From: Candidatus Heimdallarchaeota archaeon
GTDB lineage: Archaea; Asgardarchaeota; Heimdallarchaeia; Heimdallarchaeales; Heimdallarchaeaceae
NCBI GenBank assembly: GCA_019057375.1
Contig: DXJF01000128.1
Location: 1 to 22,986 of the forward strand
Direction of reading: 5' to 3'
Length of the DNA: 22,986 bases
Shown here: positions 16,463-22,986 of the stretch, piece by piece
Numbering within the stretch: the stretch's first letter is position 1
Layout: the number at the start of each line of letters is the position of its first letter
Made by a program: the position numbers and the translations under genes
Notes under the pieces: model-generated
Databases searched by the model: none
Seen by the model: only the letters and a program-made list of their open reading frames with translations
Told to the model about the DNA's origin: nothing

Positions 16463-17278
16463 TTATTTTGCTTGTTTGTGTCGGAAGAACACTTTGTCAA
16501 TATTGCTAAAAAGGAAGAAAGATCCTGAAATCATTGGAATGAACAAAGTTATCACTATTGTTATTAAGAAAATGAAAGTAGCACCAGTTATCCAAGTAAA
16601 TAAAATATCCTTCTCATCTAATGCATTTGTTAGAAATACTAAAACTGTAGCATATACTACATTAAGAATTACATCTAATATGAAAGAAAAAGCTACCCAT
16701 TTCATAATACTCTTCCTATCACTTGTAAATTTCCTTACAATTTTCCCAAGAATATATCCTATTAAAACAGCAAATGGAATACCAAGTAAGAACGAAATAC
16801 CTCGGATTTGTAGAAAGTCTAAGATATTTACTGGAAAAGGAATGATATTCAAGTTCTGATCAGTTATATCTATTGAAGCTAATGCAATAAGGAAGTTCAA
16901 AGTATAGTGAATGAGAGACACTAATACTGTGAAAAGTGAAATGAACAAAAGTTTTTGTCCAAAATTGTATTTCTTATCTGCAGAATCTATGATTAAAATA
17001 TCTTTTTCTTTTGTTTTTTTCTTTTTTGCGACTGGTTTGTCAATTTTGTCAAAATCAGGTAACTTAGGGGAAGATACTTCTTCTTCAACAGCTTCTAGCT
17101 CAGGAGAAATGGGAGCAGGAATTTCAACAGGTGGAGCTACAGCGATTTCAGGAGGAGCTTCAACCTCTTGAGTTACAACTTCAGCTTTTAATACATCTGT
17201 ATCACAGAAGACACACTTTTTAGTCCCTTTTATATTTAGATTTCCACATTCTGGACAACGAACAAATTCTTCATTCAT
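16463..17278 (-). CDS. Zinc-ribbon membrane protein
   Basis: N-terminal CPECG-N9-CVFC, Pro/Glu-rich linker, then ~4 TM helices. Lies 3 nt upstream of the DUF61 gene. Confidence 0.75.
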   Translation of the reverse strand: MNEEFVRCPECGNLNIKGTKKCVFCDTDVLKAEVVTQEVEAPPEIAVAPPVEIPAPISPELEAVEEEVSSPKLPDFDKIDKPVAKKKKTKEKDILIIDSADKKYNFGQKLLFISLFTVLVSLIHYTLNFLIALASIDITDQNLNIIPFPVNILDFLQIRGISFLLGIPFAVLIGYILGKIVRKFTSDRKSIMKWVAFSFILDVILNVVYATVLVFLTNALDEKDILFTWITGATFIFLITIVITLFIPMISGSFFLFSNIDKVFFRHKQAK

Positions 17279-17329
17279 TAGTAAATAGTTGAAATTTGGA
17301 AATTAAAAAAGTATCTAAAAAGGGAATGC

Positions 17330-18502
17330 CTAGTAGTCTACTTTATTTTCCTTAGACTCTTTAATCAGTTCTTCAAAAAGCTTTGATTGCTTTGAAGGCA
17401 TTTTCATAATTTTATTCAGTTCTATTAACTGGTTCTTTTCTGCCTCAGATATTCTTTCAGGAATTGAATAATGGACTACAATTAAGAAATCACCATAATT
17501 CATTCCATATTGAGTTTTTCGTTGAATACCCTTTCTTTGTAATCGGAGTACGCTTCCTTCCCTTGTCTTCTTAGGAATTTTTACTTTTTCCGGTCCATAA
17601 AGTGTTGGAATAACAAGTTCTCCTCCAAGAATAGCTAGAGGAAAGGAAATTTCTATTTCCACAATAATATTATCCCCTTGTCTCTTGTAAAACGAATGGG
17701 GCTCAACTATCAATCTTATTTGAAGATCCCCTCTTGATCCGCTTAATCTACCCTCTTCTCCTTTGTTACGAATTCTTAAACGGAAACCTGAATCTACACC
17801 AGGAGGTATTACTAGTTTTAATTTTTCATTTTCTTTAGATCTACCTGACCCTTTGCATTCTTTACAAGGTTTATCGATTTTCTCCCCTTTACCCTGACAC
17901 CTACTGCAGTTCTGTTGTGAAATATACCTTGTAAAACCCATTTGTCTGGTTACAGTTTCAATTCCGGAACCTTGACAATTGTCACATTTCTTTGGTTGTG
18001 TTCCTTCTTGAGCTCCACTTCCCTTGCATCTTTCACATTCTTTCTTTATAGGAACTTCTAATATTTTTTGTGTTCCATATATTGCTTCTGTAAAAGAAAT
18101 TTGGTAATTCATCAATAAATCTGAACCTTTTTGTGGTCCTGAAGGTCTTGACCTACGTCTTCCTCCAAAGAATTGACTAAAGAGGTCATCACCCATGAAA
18201 TCTTCTCTAAAGAGGGATGAGAACAAATCCGAAATTGTTGAGAAATCTCCTGAACTTACTGAAGAGAAATCGGAATGAACTCCTGAGAATCCAAATCTAT
18301 CATAAGCATTTCTTTTCTCTGAATTAGAAAGTATATCATAAGCTTCTGTAGCTTCCTTAAATTTTTCAGCAGCTTCTGGATCATCAGAATTTCTGTCAGG
18401 ATGATATTGCATAGCTAGTTTTCTAAAAGCTGTTTTAATATCTGAATCTGATGCATCTTTTGATATGCCTAGAACTTCGTAGTAATCTCGTTTTTGGGAC
18501 AT
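17330..18502 (-). CDS. dnaJ: Chaperone DnaJ (class A)
   Basis: J-domain with HPD (QYHPDRN), G/F-rich region, four CxxCxGxG repeats and a C-terminal domain. GAGGT RBS. Confidence 0.97.
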   Translation of the reverse strand: MSQKRDYYEVLGISKDASDSDIKTAFRKLAMQYHPDRNSDDPEAAEKFKEATEAYDILSNSEKRNAYDRFGFSGVHSDFSSVSSGDFSTISDLFSSLFREDFMGDDLFSQFFGGRRRSRPSGPQKGSDLLMNYQISFTEAIYGTQKILEVPIKKECERCKGSGAQEGTQPKKCDNCQGSGIETVTRQMGFTRYISQQNCSRCQGKGEKIDKPCKECKGSGRSKENEKLKLVIPPGVDSGFRLRIRNKGEEGRLSGSRGDLQIRLIVEPHSFYKRQGDNIIVEIEISFPLAILGGELVIPTLYGPEKVKIPKKTREGSVLRLQRKGIQRKTQYGMNYGDFLIVVHYSIPERISEAEKNQLIELNKIMKMPSKQSKLFEELIKESKENKVDY

Positions 18503-18529
18503 GATTTGACCTCATCTATTTTAGAAGCA

Positions 18530-18565
18530 AACAAAATAGAAAATAAAAAGGGAATAAAAATGTTA
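18530..18565 (-). terminator. Oligo-T tract between dnaK and dnaJ (possible partial terminator)
   Basis: Minus strand reads catttttattccctttttattttctattttgttt within the 83-nt intergenic gap. Confidence 0.4.
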
Positions 18566-18585
18566 TCGGTTAGAGTGTGATGAAT

Positions 18586-20463
18586 TTACTCATCATCCTC
18601 TACGGGTTCATAATCCACATCGATAACTTGTTCTTCATCAATATCATGTTGAGTTGGAGCATCAGGGGCACCAGGAGCATATTGCCCTTCTTGTTGAACA
18701 TCACCGGGAGCTTGACCTGTTTCCTGATAGATTCGTTGAGATATTTGCATCATAACTTGCATAAGTTCATCAGTTTTTGCTTTAATTGTCTCTGCATCTT
18801 CAGTTTCAGTTTCTTTCTTCAGTTCTTCCATCTTTTCTTCTAACGATTTCTTCTCAGAATCAGATATTTTGTCTCCTAAATCATTGATTGTTTTCTCGGT
18901 AGAATATAGTGCCTGTTCTGCAGTATTTTTAGCTTCGATGATTAATTTTCGTTTCTCATCTTCTTCTCTGTATTTTTCTGAATCATCTCTCATTTTATCA
19001 ATGTCTTCATCTGATAAATGTGAAGATTGAATTACTATGCTCTGTTCCTTACTTGTTCCTAAATCTTTGGCTGATACCTGTAGAATTCCATTTGCATCAA
19101 TATCAAATGCAACTTCAATCTGGGGTATATTTCGGGGAGCAGGAGGTATTCCAACTAGTTGAAATTGCCCTAGTGTTATATTATCTGAAGCCATGGTTCT
19201 TTCTCCTTGAAGAACATGAACTTCAACAGAAGTTTGCATATCTGCAGCTGTTGTGAAGACTTTCTTCTTTGTAACTGGAATGGTAGTATTTCTATCTATT
19301 AAAGGAGTCATTACTCCACCCAAGGTTTCAACACCCAATGTTAAAGGCGTCACATCAAGAAGTAGAATATCTTTAACTTCTCCGGCTAGAACAGCAGCTT
19401 GAACAGCTGCGCCTAAAGCAACAACTTCCTCAGGAGCAACCCCTTTATGTGGCTCTTTACTAAATAACTCTTTGGTCATTTCTCTGATCATAGGCATTCT
19501 TGTAGCTCCACCAACCAAGATTACTTGGTCTAAATCACCAGGTTTGATTTTTCCATCTTTCAAAGCTTGTCTAGAAGGACCTGCACATTTCTCTACTAAA
19601 TCCTTAGTCATATCTTCAAATTTAGCTCGAGATAATTCCATGTCGAGATGCTTTGGCCCTGAAGCATCAGCTGTAATGTATGGTAAACTGATTTGTGTTT
19701 TCAATTTAGATGTTAGTTCAATTTTAGCTTCTTCTGCAGCATCTTTTAATCTTTGAACCACTTTAGAATCTTTGGATAAATCTATACCTTCTTTCTTCTT
19801 GAATTCTTCACTAATCCAATCAATTATTCTTTGATCCCAATCGTCCCCACCTAGTAGGTTATTTCCAGAAGTAGCAATTACTCTAAATAATCCATCATCA
19901 AGTTCTAGAATTGAAATATCGAAAGTTCCTCCACCAAGATCAAATACTAAAACTCTTTCTGCACCTTCTTTGTCTAGTCCATAGGCAAGAGCACTGGCAG
20001 TGGGTTCATTTACAATTCTCAGAACCTCTAAACCAGCAATTTCTCCAGCATCTTTTGTAGCTTGCCTTTGAGAATCACTGAAATAAGCTGGAACAGTTAT
20101 AACAGCTTTCTGAATTTTCTGGTTGAGATATGCTTCAGCATCTTCTTTTAGTTTAGATAAAATTATAGCAGAAATTTCTTCAGGGTGAAATTCTTTATCA
20201 TCTACTTTAAATCTAAAATCAGTACCCATTTTTCTCTTAATACTTCGAATAGTTCTATCAGGCAAGACTATAGCCTGTCTTTTTGCTTGTATTCCAACAG
20301 TACGAGTTCCGTCCTCATTGAAGGTAACAACACTAGGAGTGATTCTTCCTCCTTCAATATTTGGAATAATCTCTGGTTTACCTGCAACCATATGTGCGAT
20401 ACCTGAGTTAGTTGTACCTAAATCAATTCCAACGACAAGTTCTTTTTTTGTTTCATTACTCAT
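18586..20463 (-). CDS. dnaK: Chaperone DnaK (Hsp70), short-NBD type typical of archaea and Gram-positive bacteria
   Basis: Motifs [32 protein letters not shown] and DVTPLTLG. Lacks the ~24-aa subdomain insert after SIKRKMG. GGTGA RBS. Confidence 0.97.
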   Translation of the reverse strand: MSNETKKELVVGIDLGTTNSGIAHMVAGKPEIIPNIEGGRITPSVVTFNEDGTRTVGIQAKRQAIVLPDRTIRSIKRKMGTDFRFKVDDKEFHPEEISAIILSKLKEDAEAYLNQKIQKAVITVPAYFSDSQRQATKDAGEIAGLEVLRIVNEPTASALAYGLDKEGAERVLVFDLGGGTFDISILELDDGLFRVIATSGNNLLGGDDWDQRIIDWISEEFKKKEGIDLSKDSKVVQRLKDAAEEAKIELTSKLKTQISLPYITADASGPKHLDMELSRAKFEDMTKDLVEKCAGPSRQALKDGKIKPGDLDQVILVGGATRMPMIREMTKELFSKEPHKGVAPEEVVALGAAVQAAVLAGEVKDILLLDVTPLTLGVETLGGVMTPLIDRNTTIPVTKKKVFTTAADMQTSVEVHVLQGERTMASDNITLGQFQLVGIPPAPRNIPQIEVAFDIDANGILQVSAKDLGTSKEQSIVIQSSHLSDEDIDKMRDDSEKYREEDEKRKLIIEAKNTAEQALYSTEKTINDLGDKISDSEKKSLEEKMEELKKETETEDAETIKAKTDELMQVMMQISQRIYQETGQAPGDVQQEGQYAPGAPDAPTQHDIDEEQVIDVDYEPVEDDE

Positions 20464-20572
20464 TTTATCACCATTAAGGTACTTTATTAATGTAAAATAT
20501 TCGCTTTACTTAAACAAGCGTTTTGATTTAGATGTCAAATAGTGATATATATATCTTATCATTGGAAAAAAA

Positions 20573-20791
20573 TTATCCAAAGGTAGGTTTCCCTTTGGAA
20601 CTATGACGAGTTCGTTTCTTCTTCTGTGTTTTATAATAGGGTGATTTATTGAGCAAAATGCCTCTTACTGTTGGTTTGAATAGTTTAATTAAGAATCTCC
20701 TAAAACTAATTTTCTTCTTGAATACTTTGATGAAATCTTCAAAAGAGTATCTTTGGAATTTGAGTAACTTTTGTGCTTCTGTTGTATCCAT
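20573..20791 (-). CDS. Small basic hypothetical protein (72 aa)
   Basis: Lys/Arg/Phe-rich ORF occupying the gap upstream of dnaK. No motif recognised. Confidence 0.4.
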   Translation of the reverse strand: MDTTEAQKLLKFQRYSFEDFIKVFKKKISFRRFLIKLFKPTVRGILLNKSPYYKTQKKKRTRHSSKGKPTFG

Positions 20792-20956
20792 CAGAATTTA
20801 ATTCACTAAATTTTCCCAAATCATTATTAGTAATAGATAAATAACAATTTTCTATAAAACTATTCCTTTTTTTCCTAAAACATATTGGGAAAGTAGTTTT
20901 GTAACATTTACAATAAATCTACCAAGCAGAAAAATAAAATTAAAAAAAGGAAAAGA

Positions 20957-20999
20957 GGAGAAAGAGATTACCACTGTGATTGGATGAGTAATTCTCTCC
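20957..20999 (-). terminator. Imperfect hairpin followed by a long T-tract (terminator-like) downstream of the tnpB non-coding region
   Basis: Minus strand ggagagaattac...gtaatctctttctcc followed by ttttcctttttttaattttattttt. Confidence 0.45.
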
Positions 21000-21009
21000 C
21001 CAAAAACCT

Positions 21010-21285
21010 GTGACAGTTTTCAAGAAGGTCCTTTCAAGACTCCTCCTAAACCGGTGTAACAAAGGGTAGGCAAAGTAGCAGAACTGTACAAAATGAAAAA
21101 ACAATCGATTCATAATGGATCAGTTACCAGTCTTCCGGAACAGAAATTACATTGTTGTAAATCCATTCAAAGGAATCATCTCTTGTTACAAGAGGGCACT
21201 CATTACCGAACTTGTCGAACTAATTAAATGACAGATTCTCGACCTGGCACATCGAATTAAGAGAAACGATGTATTCTTAACAGAA
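21010..21285 (-). ncRNA. Candidate omegaRNA (reRNA) scaffold
   Basis: Non-coding, less AT-rich region directly 3' of tnpB, with hairpins at 21180-21194 (ctcttgt/acaagag) and 21022-21047 (aggagg-a-gtct tgaaa ggac-cttctt). This is the position expected for TnpB guide RNAs. Boundaries are inferred. Confidence 0.45.
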
Positions 21286-22821
21286 TCACTTAAGCCATTG
21301 ACCTAAGGGCTGTAGACACTTGTATAGTCTTAGCGGGTGGAAGTCATCTGTTAGCAAATCCCATATGCTGTTGAACTTTGTTTTCAAAGCATATTGAATT
21401 AACCTCTTTCCTATGTTCTTTGCTCCGTTCAGATCAGCATCCAATTCATAGTTACAATTGTGGCAATTGAACTGTCCTTGTCCTGTACGGGTAGTGTTTT
21501 TAGAATTACACTTCGAACATGTTTTCGAGGTCCAACTTTCTCCTATTGCTACCACTCGATGGGATTCAAATCCATAACGATTAAGCTTGTGCTTAAGTTT
21601 AGTTATAAAGAAGCGATAACACCACTTATGCAGTTTTCTTCTTAAGGATTTATTTCCGCTACCTCGAGGGTGACTTTTCCGAATATTCTTAGGATAGCCA
21701 ACAGATACAAACAGATTGTAGCTATTCTTCAACTGGAGAATGAAATCAACTAGTTGGTTAACTGCATAACCCAGTTCCTGTTTTGTAACAGAGCGAAGTC
21801 TTCTACGTAATTGGTAGAGTTTAGCATTAAGCTGTTTAGTAGGTTGACCATTGTTGTTTTGAGTATCCAACAACCTTTGAATAGACTTAATCCGGTTATC
21901 TAGTTGCCACATTCTAGACTGTCTTTCCTTATTAACGATGAAGCAGAGTTCATCCATAATTACTTTCCCAGAAGGGGTAAGTAACACCGCAACAGCTGTC
22001 TTCTTAATTCCTAGATCAACGCCCAACACTGCTGGGGGGTGAGTAGATTGATAAAGAGGGACAGCATATTGGAGGGTGAAATGAGCCCACCACTGTTGTT
22101 CTTTGGATTTGTATACTAGTTCCAATGTTTTTATCTTCTCTAGTATCAGCTTCTTCTCGTGATAAGGTGAATATGCCAAAGGTAGCATCAGTCTCTTATG
22201 GTATCTTCTACCAGAACGTTTCGAATTAAGAGAATCCCTTAACTCTAGCCAAAGTTTAGCTTCAGTATTCTCAGGAGTGGGAATAACTTGAAACCGGTCT
22301 TTACCTATTGATCCTTTGAACTGTATTCGTGGGACCTTTTTCTTGAAACGTGGTCTATTCAGCTCCTTTTCAGAAAGCTCTTGTTGTGTTTTCCAGCATT
22401 CATAAGTCCAGATAGCTTTATCTCTACATTCGATGAATTCATCGTGGGAACAGCGAGGATAACGTTTCTTCAAGTCGTGAGGAACAGATGTTCGTAGTTT
22501 GTGTTGCGTTTTTCTAGATGTAGTTAAAGTCAATTTGTCCAAGAAGGCTTTGTCGACTTTTCCATCTTTTCGCAGTATTTTCTCCTCGTTGTGGTAGATG
22601 ATTCGAAGGTAGTCTTTGATGATTCTGGAGTCTCGGTTGTTAATTAGTCTCAACCTGTCACACTCTTGAGCAGTCATCAGTTCTGTCTTTATCCTGAGAG
22701 GGACAACTTCATAACCAGTAACTAATGGTGCTTGGTGTGTGCTTGTAACAACTCTATCTTTCTCATCTTTCTTGTTTTCACTTACTGATTGTTTTTGTTT
22801 ATTATTTGCTTTGTATGTCAT
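21286..22821 (-). CDS. tnpB: TnpB/Cas12f-like RNA-guided nuclease (~511 aa) with rearranged RuvC site
   Basis: Start reassigned to ATG 22821 (AGGAAGTGA RBS). RuvC-I VLGVDLG, bridge helix, RuvC-II position VSVGYP, GESWTSKTCSKC...CHNC zinc finger, and RuvC-III DADLNGAKNI. Confidence 0.88.
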   Translation of the reverse strand: MTYKANNKQKQSVSENKKDEKDRVVTSTHQAPLVTGYEVVPLRIKTELMTAQECDRLRLINNRDSRIIKDYLRIIYHNEEKILRKDGKVDKAFLDKLTLTTSRKTQHKLRTSVPHDLKKRYPRCSHDEFIECRDKAIWTYECWKTQQELSEKELNRPRFKKKVPRIQFKGSIGKDRFQVIPTPENTEAKLWLELRDSLNSKRSGRRYHKRLMLPLAYSPYHEKKLILEKIKTLELVYKSKEQQWWAHFTLQYAVPLYQSTHPPAVLGVDLGIKKTAVAVLLTPSGKVIMDELCFIVNKERQSRMWQLDNRIKSIQRLLDTQNNNGQPTKQLNAKLYQLRRRLRSVTKQELGYAVNQLVDFILQLKNSYNLFVSVGYPKNIRKSHPRGSGNKSLRRKLHKWCYRFFITKLKHKLNRYGFESHRVVAIGESWTSKTCSKCNSKNTTRTGQGQFNCHNCNYELDADLNGAKNIGKRLIQYALKTKFNSIWDLLTDDFHPLRLYKCLQPLGQWLK

Positions 22822-22889
22822 AAATTTCACTTCCTGAAATTGTTTCTTTGGAATAAACATGGAAATCCTTTTTGAAAAGTCATAATCGA

Positions 22890-22934
22890 TGGTTCCTCTT
22901 CTAGTCTTAATATTTGAAACCAGTAGAGGAACCA
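22890..22934. repeat. 10-bp perfect inverted repeat TGGTTCCTCT / AGAGGAACCA (candidate left-end hairpin)
   Basis: Arms at 22890-22899 and 22925-22934 with a 25-nt loop, ~70 bp upstream of the tnpB start. Confidence 0.6.
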
Positions 22935-22986
22935 CCGGTTGTACTACGTGTAAAATTGCTTCAGATTCTCAAAATGGAAATCCTGA

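Larger units (their letters stand above)
21010..22949 (-). mobile_element. Putative non-autonomous tnpB-only IS200/IS605- or IS607-related element (ends tentative)
   Basis: tnpB, visibly higher GC than host genes (spot counts of 21, 27 and 31 G+C per 60 nt versus 17/60 in a host line), subterminal hairpins on both sides, and no transposase in the window. Confidence 0.4.

Noticed and set aside
20502-20555. CIRCE/HrcA or other known heat-shock operator upstream of dnaK
   Set aside because: CGCTT-N9-AAGCG shares only the 9-nt spacing with CIRCE (TTAGCACTC-N9-GAGTGCTAA). The (AT)n palindrome is low-complexity and probably just the TATA region.
20800-21285. CRISPR array associated with the Cas12f-like gene
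   Set aside because: No regularly spaced 25-40-bp repeats. Only TCTTGAAA occurs twice within one hairpin region, and no cas genes are present.
375-21645. Short opposite-strand or overlapping ORFs in the track (e.g. 375-581, 2575-2793, 4802-5071, 6158-6679, 8645-8842, 10897-11082, 11995-13002, 13523-13915, 16338-17171, 18577-20542, 21460-21645)
   Set aside because: They lie antisense to or within well-supported genes and have Ser/Ile/Phe-rich shadow-frame composition without motifs.
22859-22984. 11-bp direct repeat ATGGAAATCCT at 22859-22869 and 22974-22984
   Set aside because: Only two copies, 115 bp apart, which is compatible with chance in AT-rich DNA. Worth revisiting if sequence beyond the window shows more copies.
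1-22986. tRNA or rRNA genes
   Set aside because: Intergenic gaps are short and AT-rich; no cloverleaf or rRNA-like GC-rich tract was seen.

Overview
AT-rich, gene-dense archaeal chromosomal window. An Asgard/Heimdallarchaeia-like host is inferred from GGTGA/GAGGT ribosome-binding sites, type 2 MetAP, DUF61, a TrmB-type protein, oligo-T terminators and a TP(G)F-TM-basic C-terminal sorting tail; it is not proven. Housekeeping genes: CaCA antiporter (5'-truncated), ornithine aminotransferase, class I (bacterial/eukaryote-type) GAPDH, MetAP2, an M24 hydrolase with creatinase-like loss of metal ligands, DUF61, and dnaK-dnaJ without grpE. Two regions stand out. (1) A tightly coupled minus-strand operon at 13124->6115 encodes a P-loop ATPase with alpha-SNAP-like helical repeats, a proline-free protein made of ~32 uninterrupted 11-residue (hendecad) repeats, and a ~1257-aa protein whose TrmB-like wHTH and C-terminal domains are separated by ~1040 aa of largely hendecad helix with a central hinge. 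A small wHTH gene lies divergent to it. (2) A relatively GC-rich ~511-aa TnpB/Cas12f-like gene has the rearranged RuvC active site described for Fanzors (Gly at RuvC-II, alternative Glu 53 aa later). It is followed by a structured ~280-nt candidate omegaRNA/right end, and no TnpA is present in the window. All family calls are by motif recognition; no database search was run.
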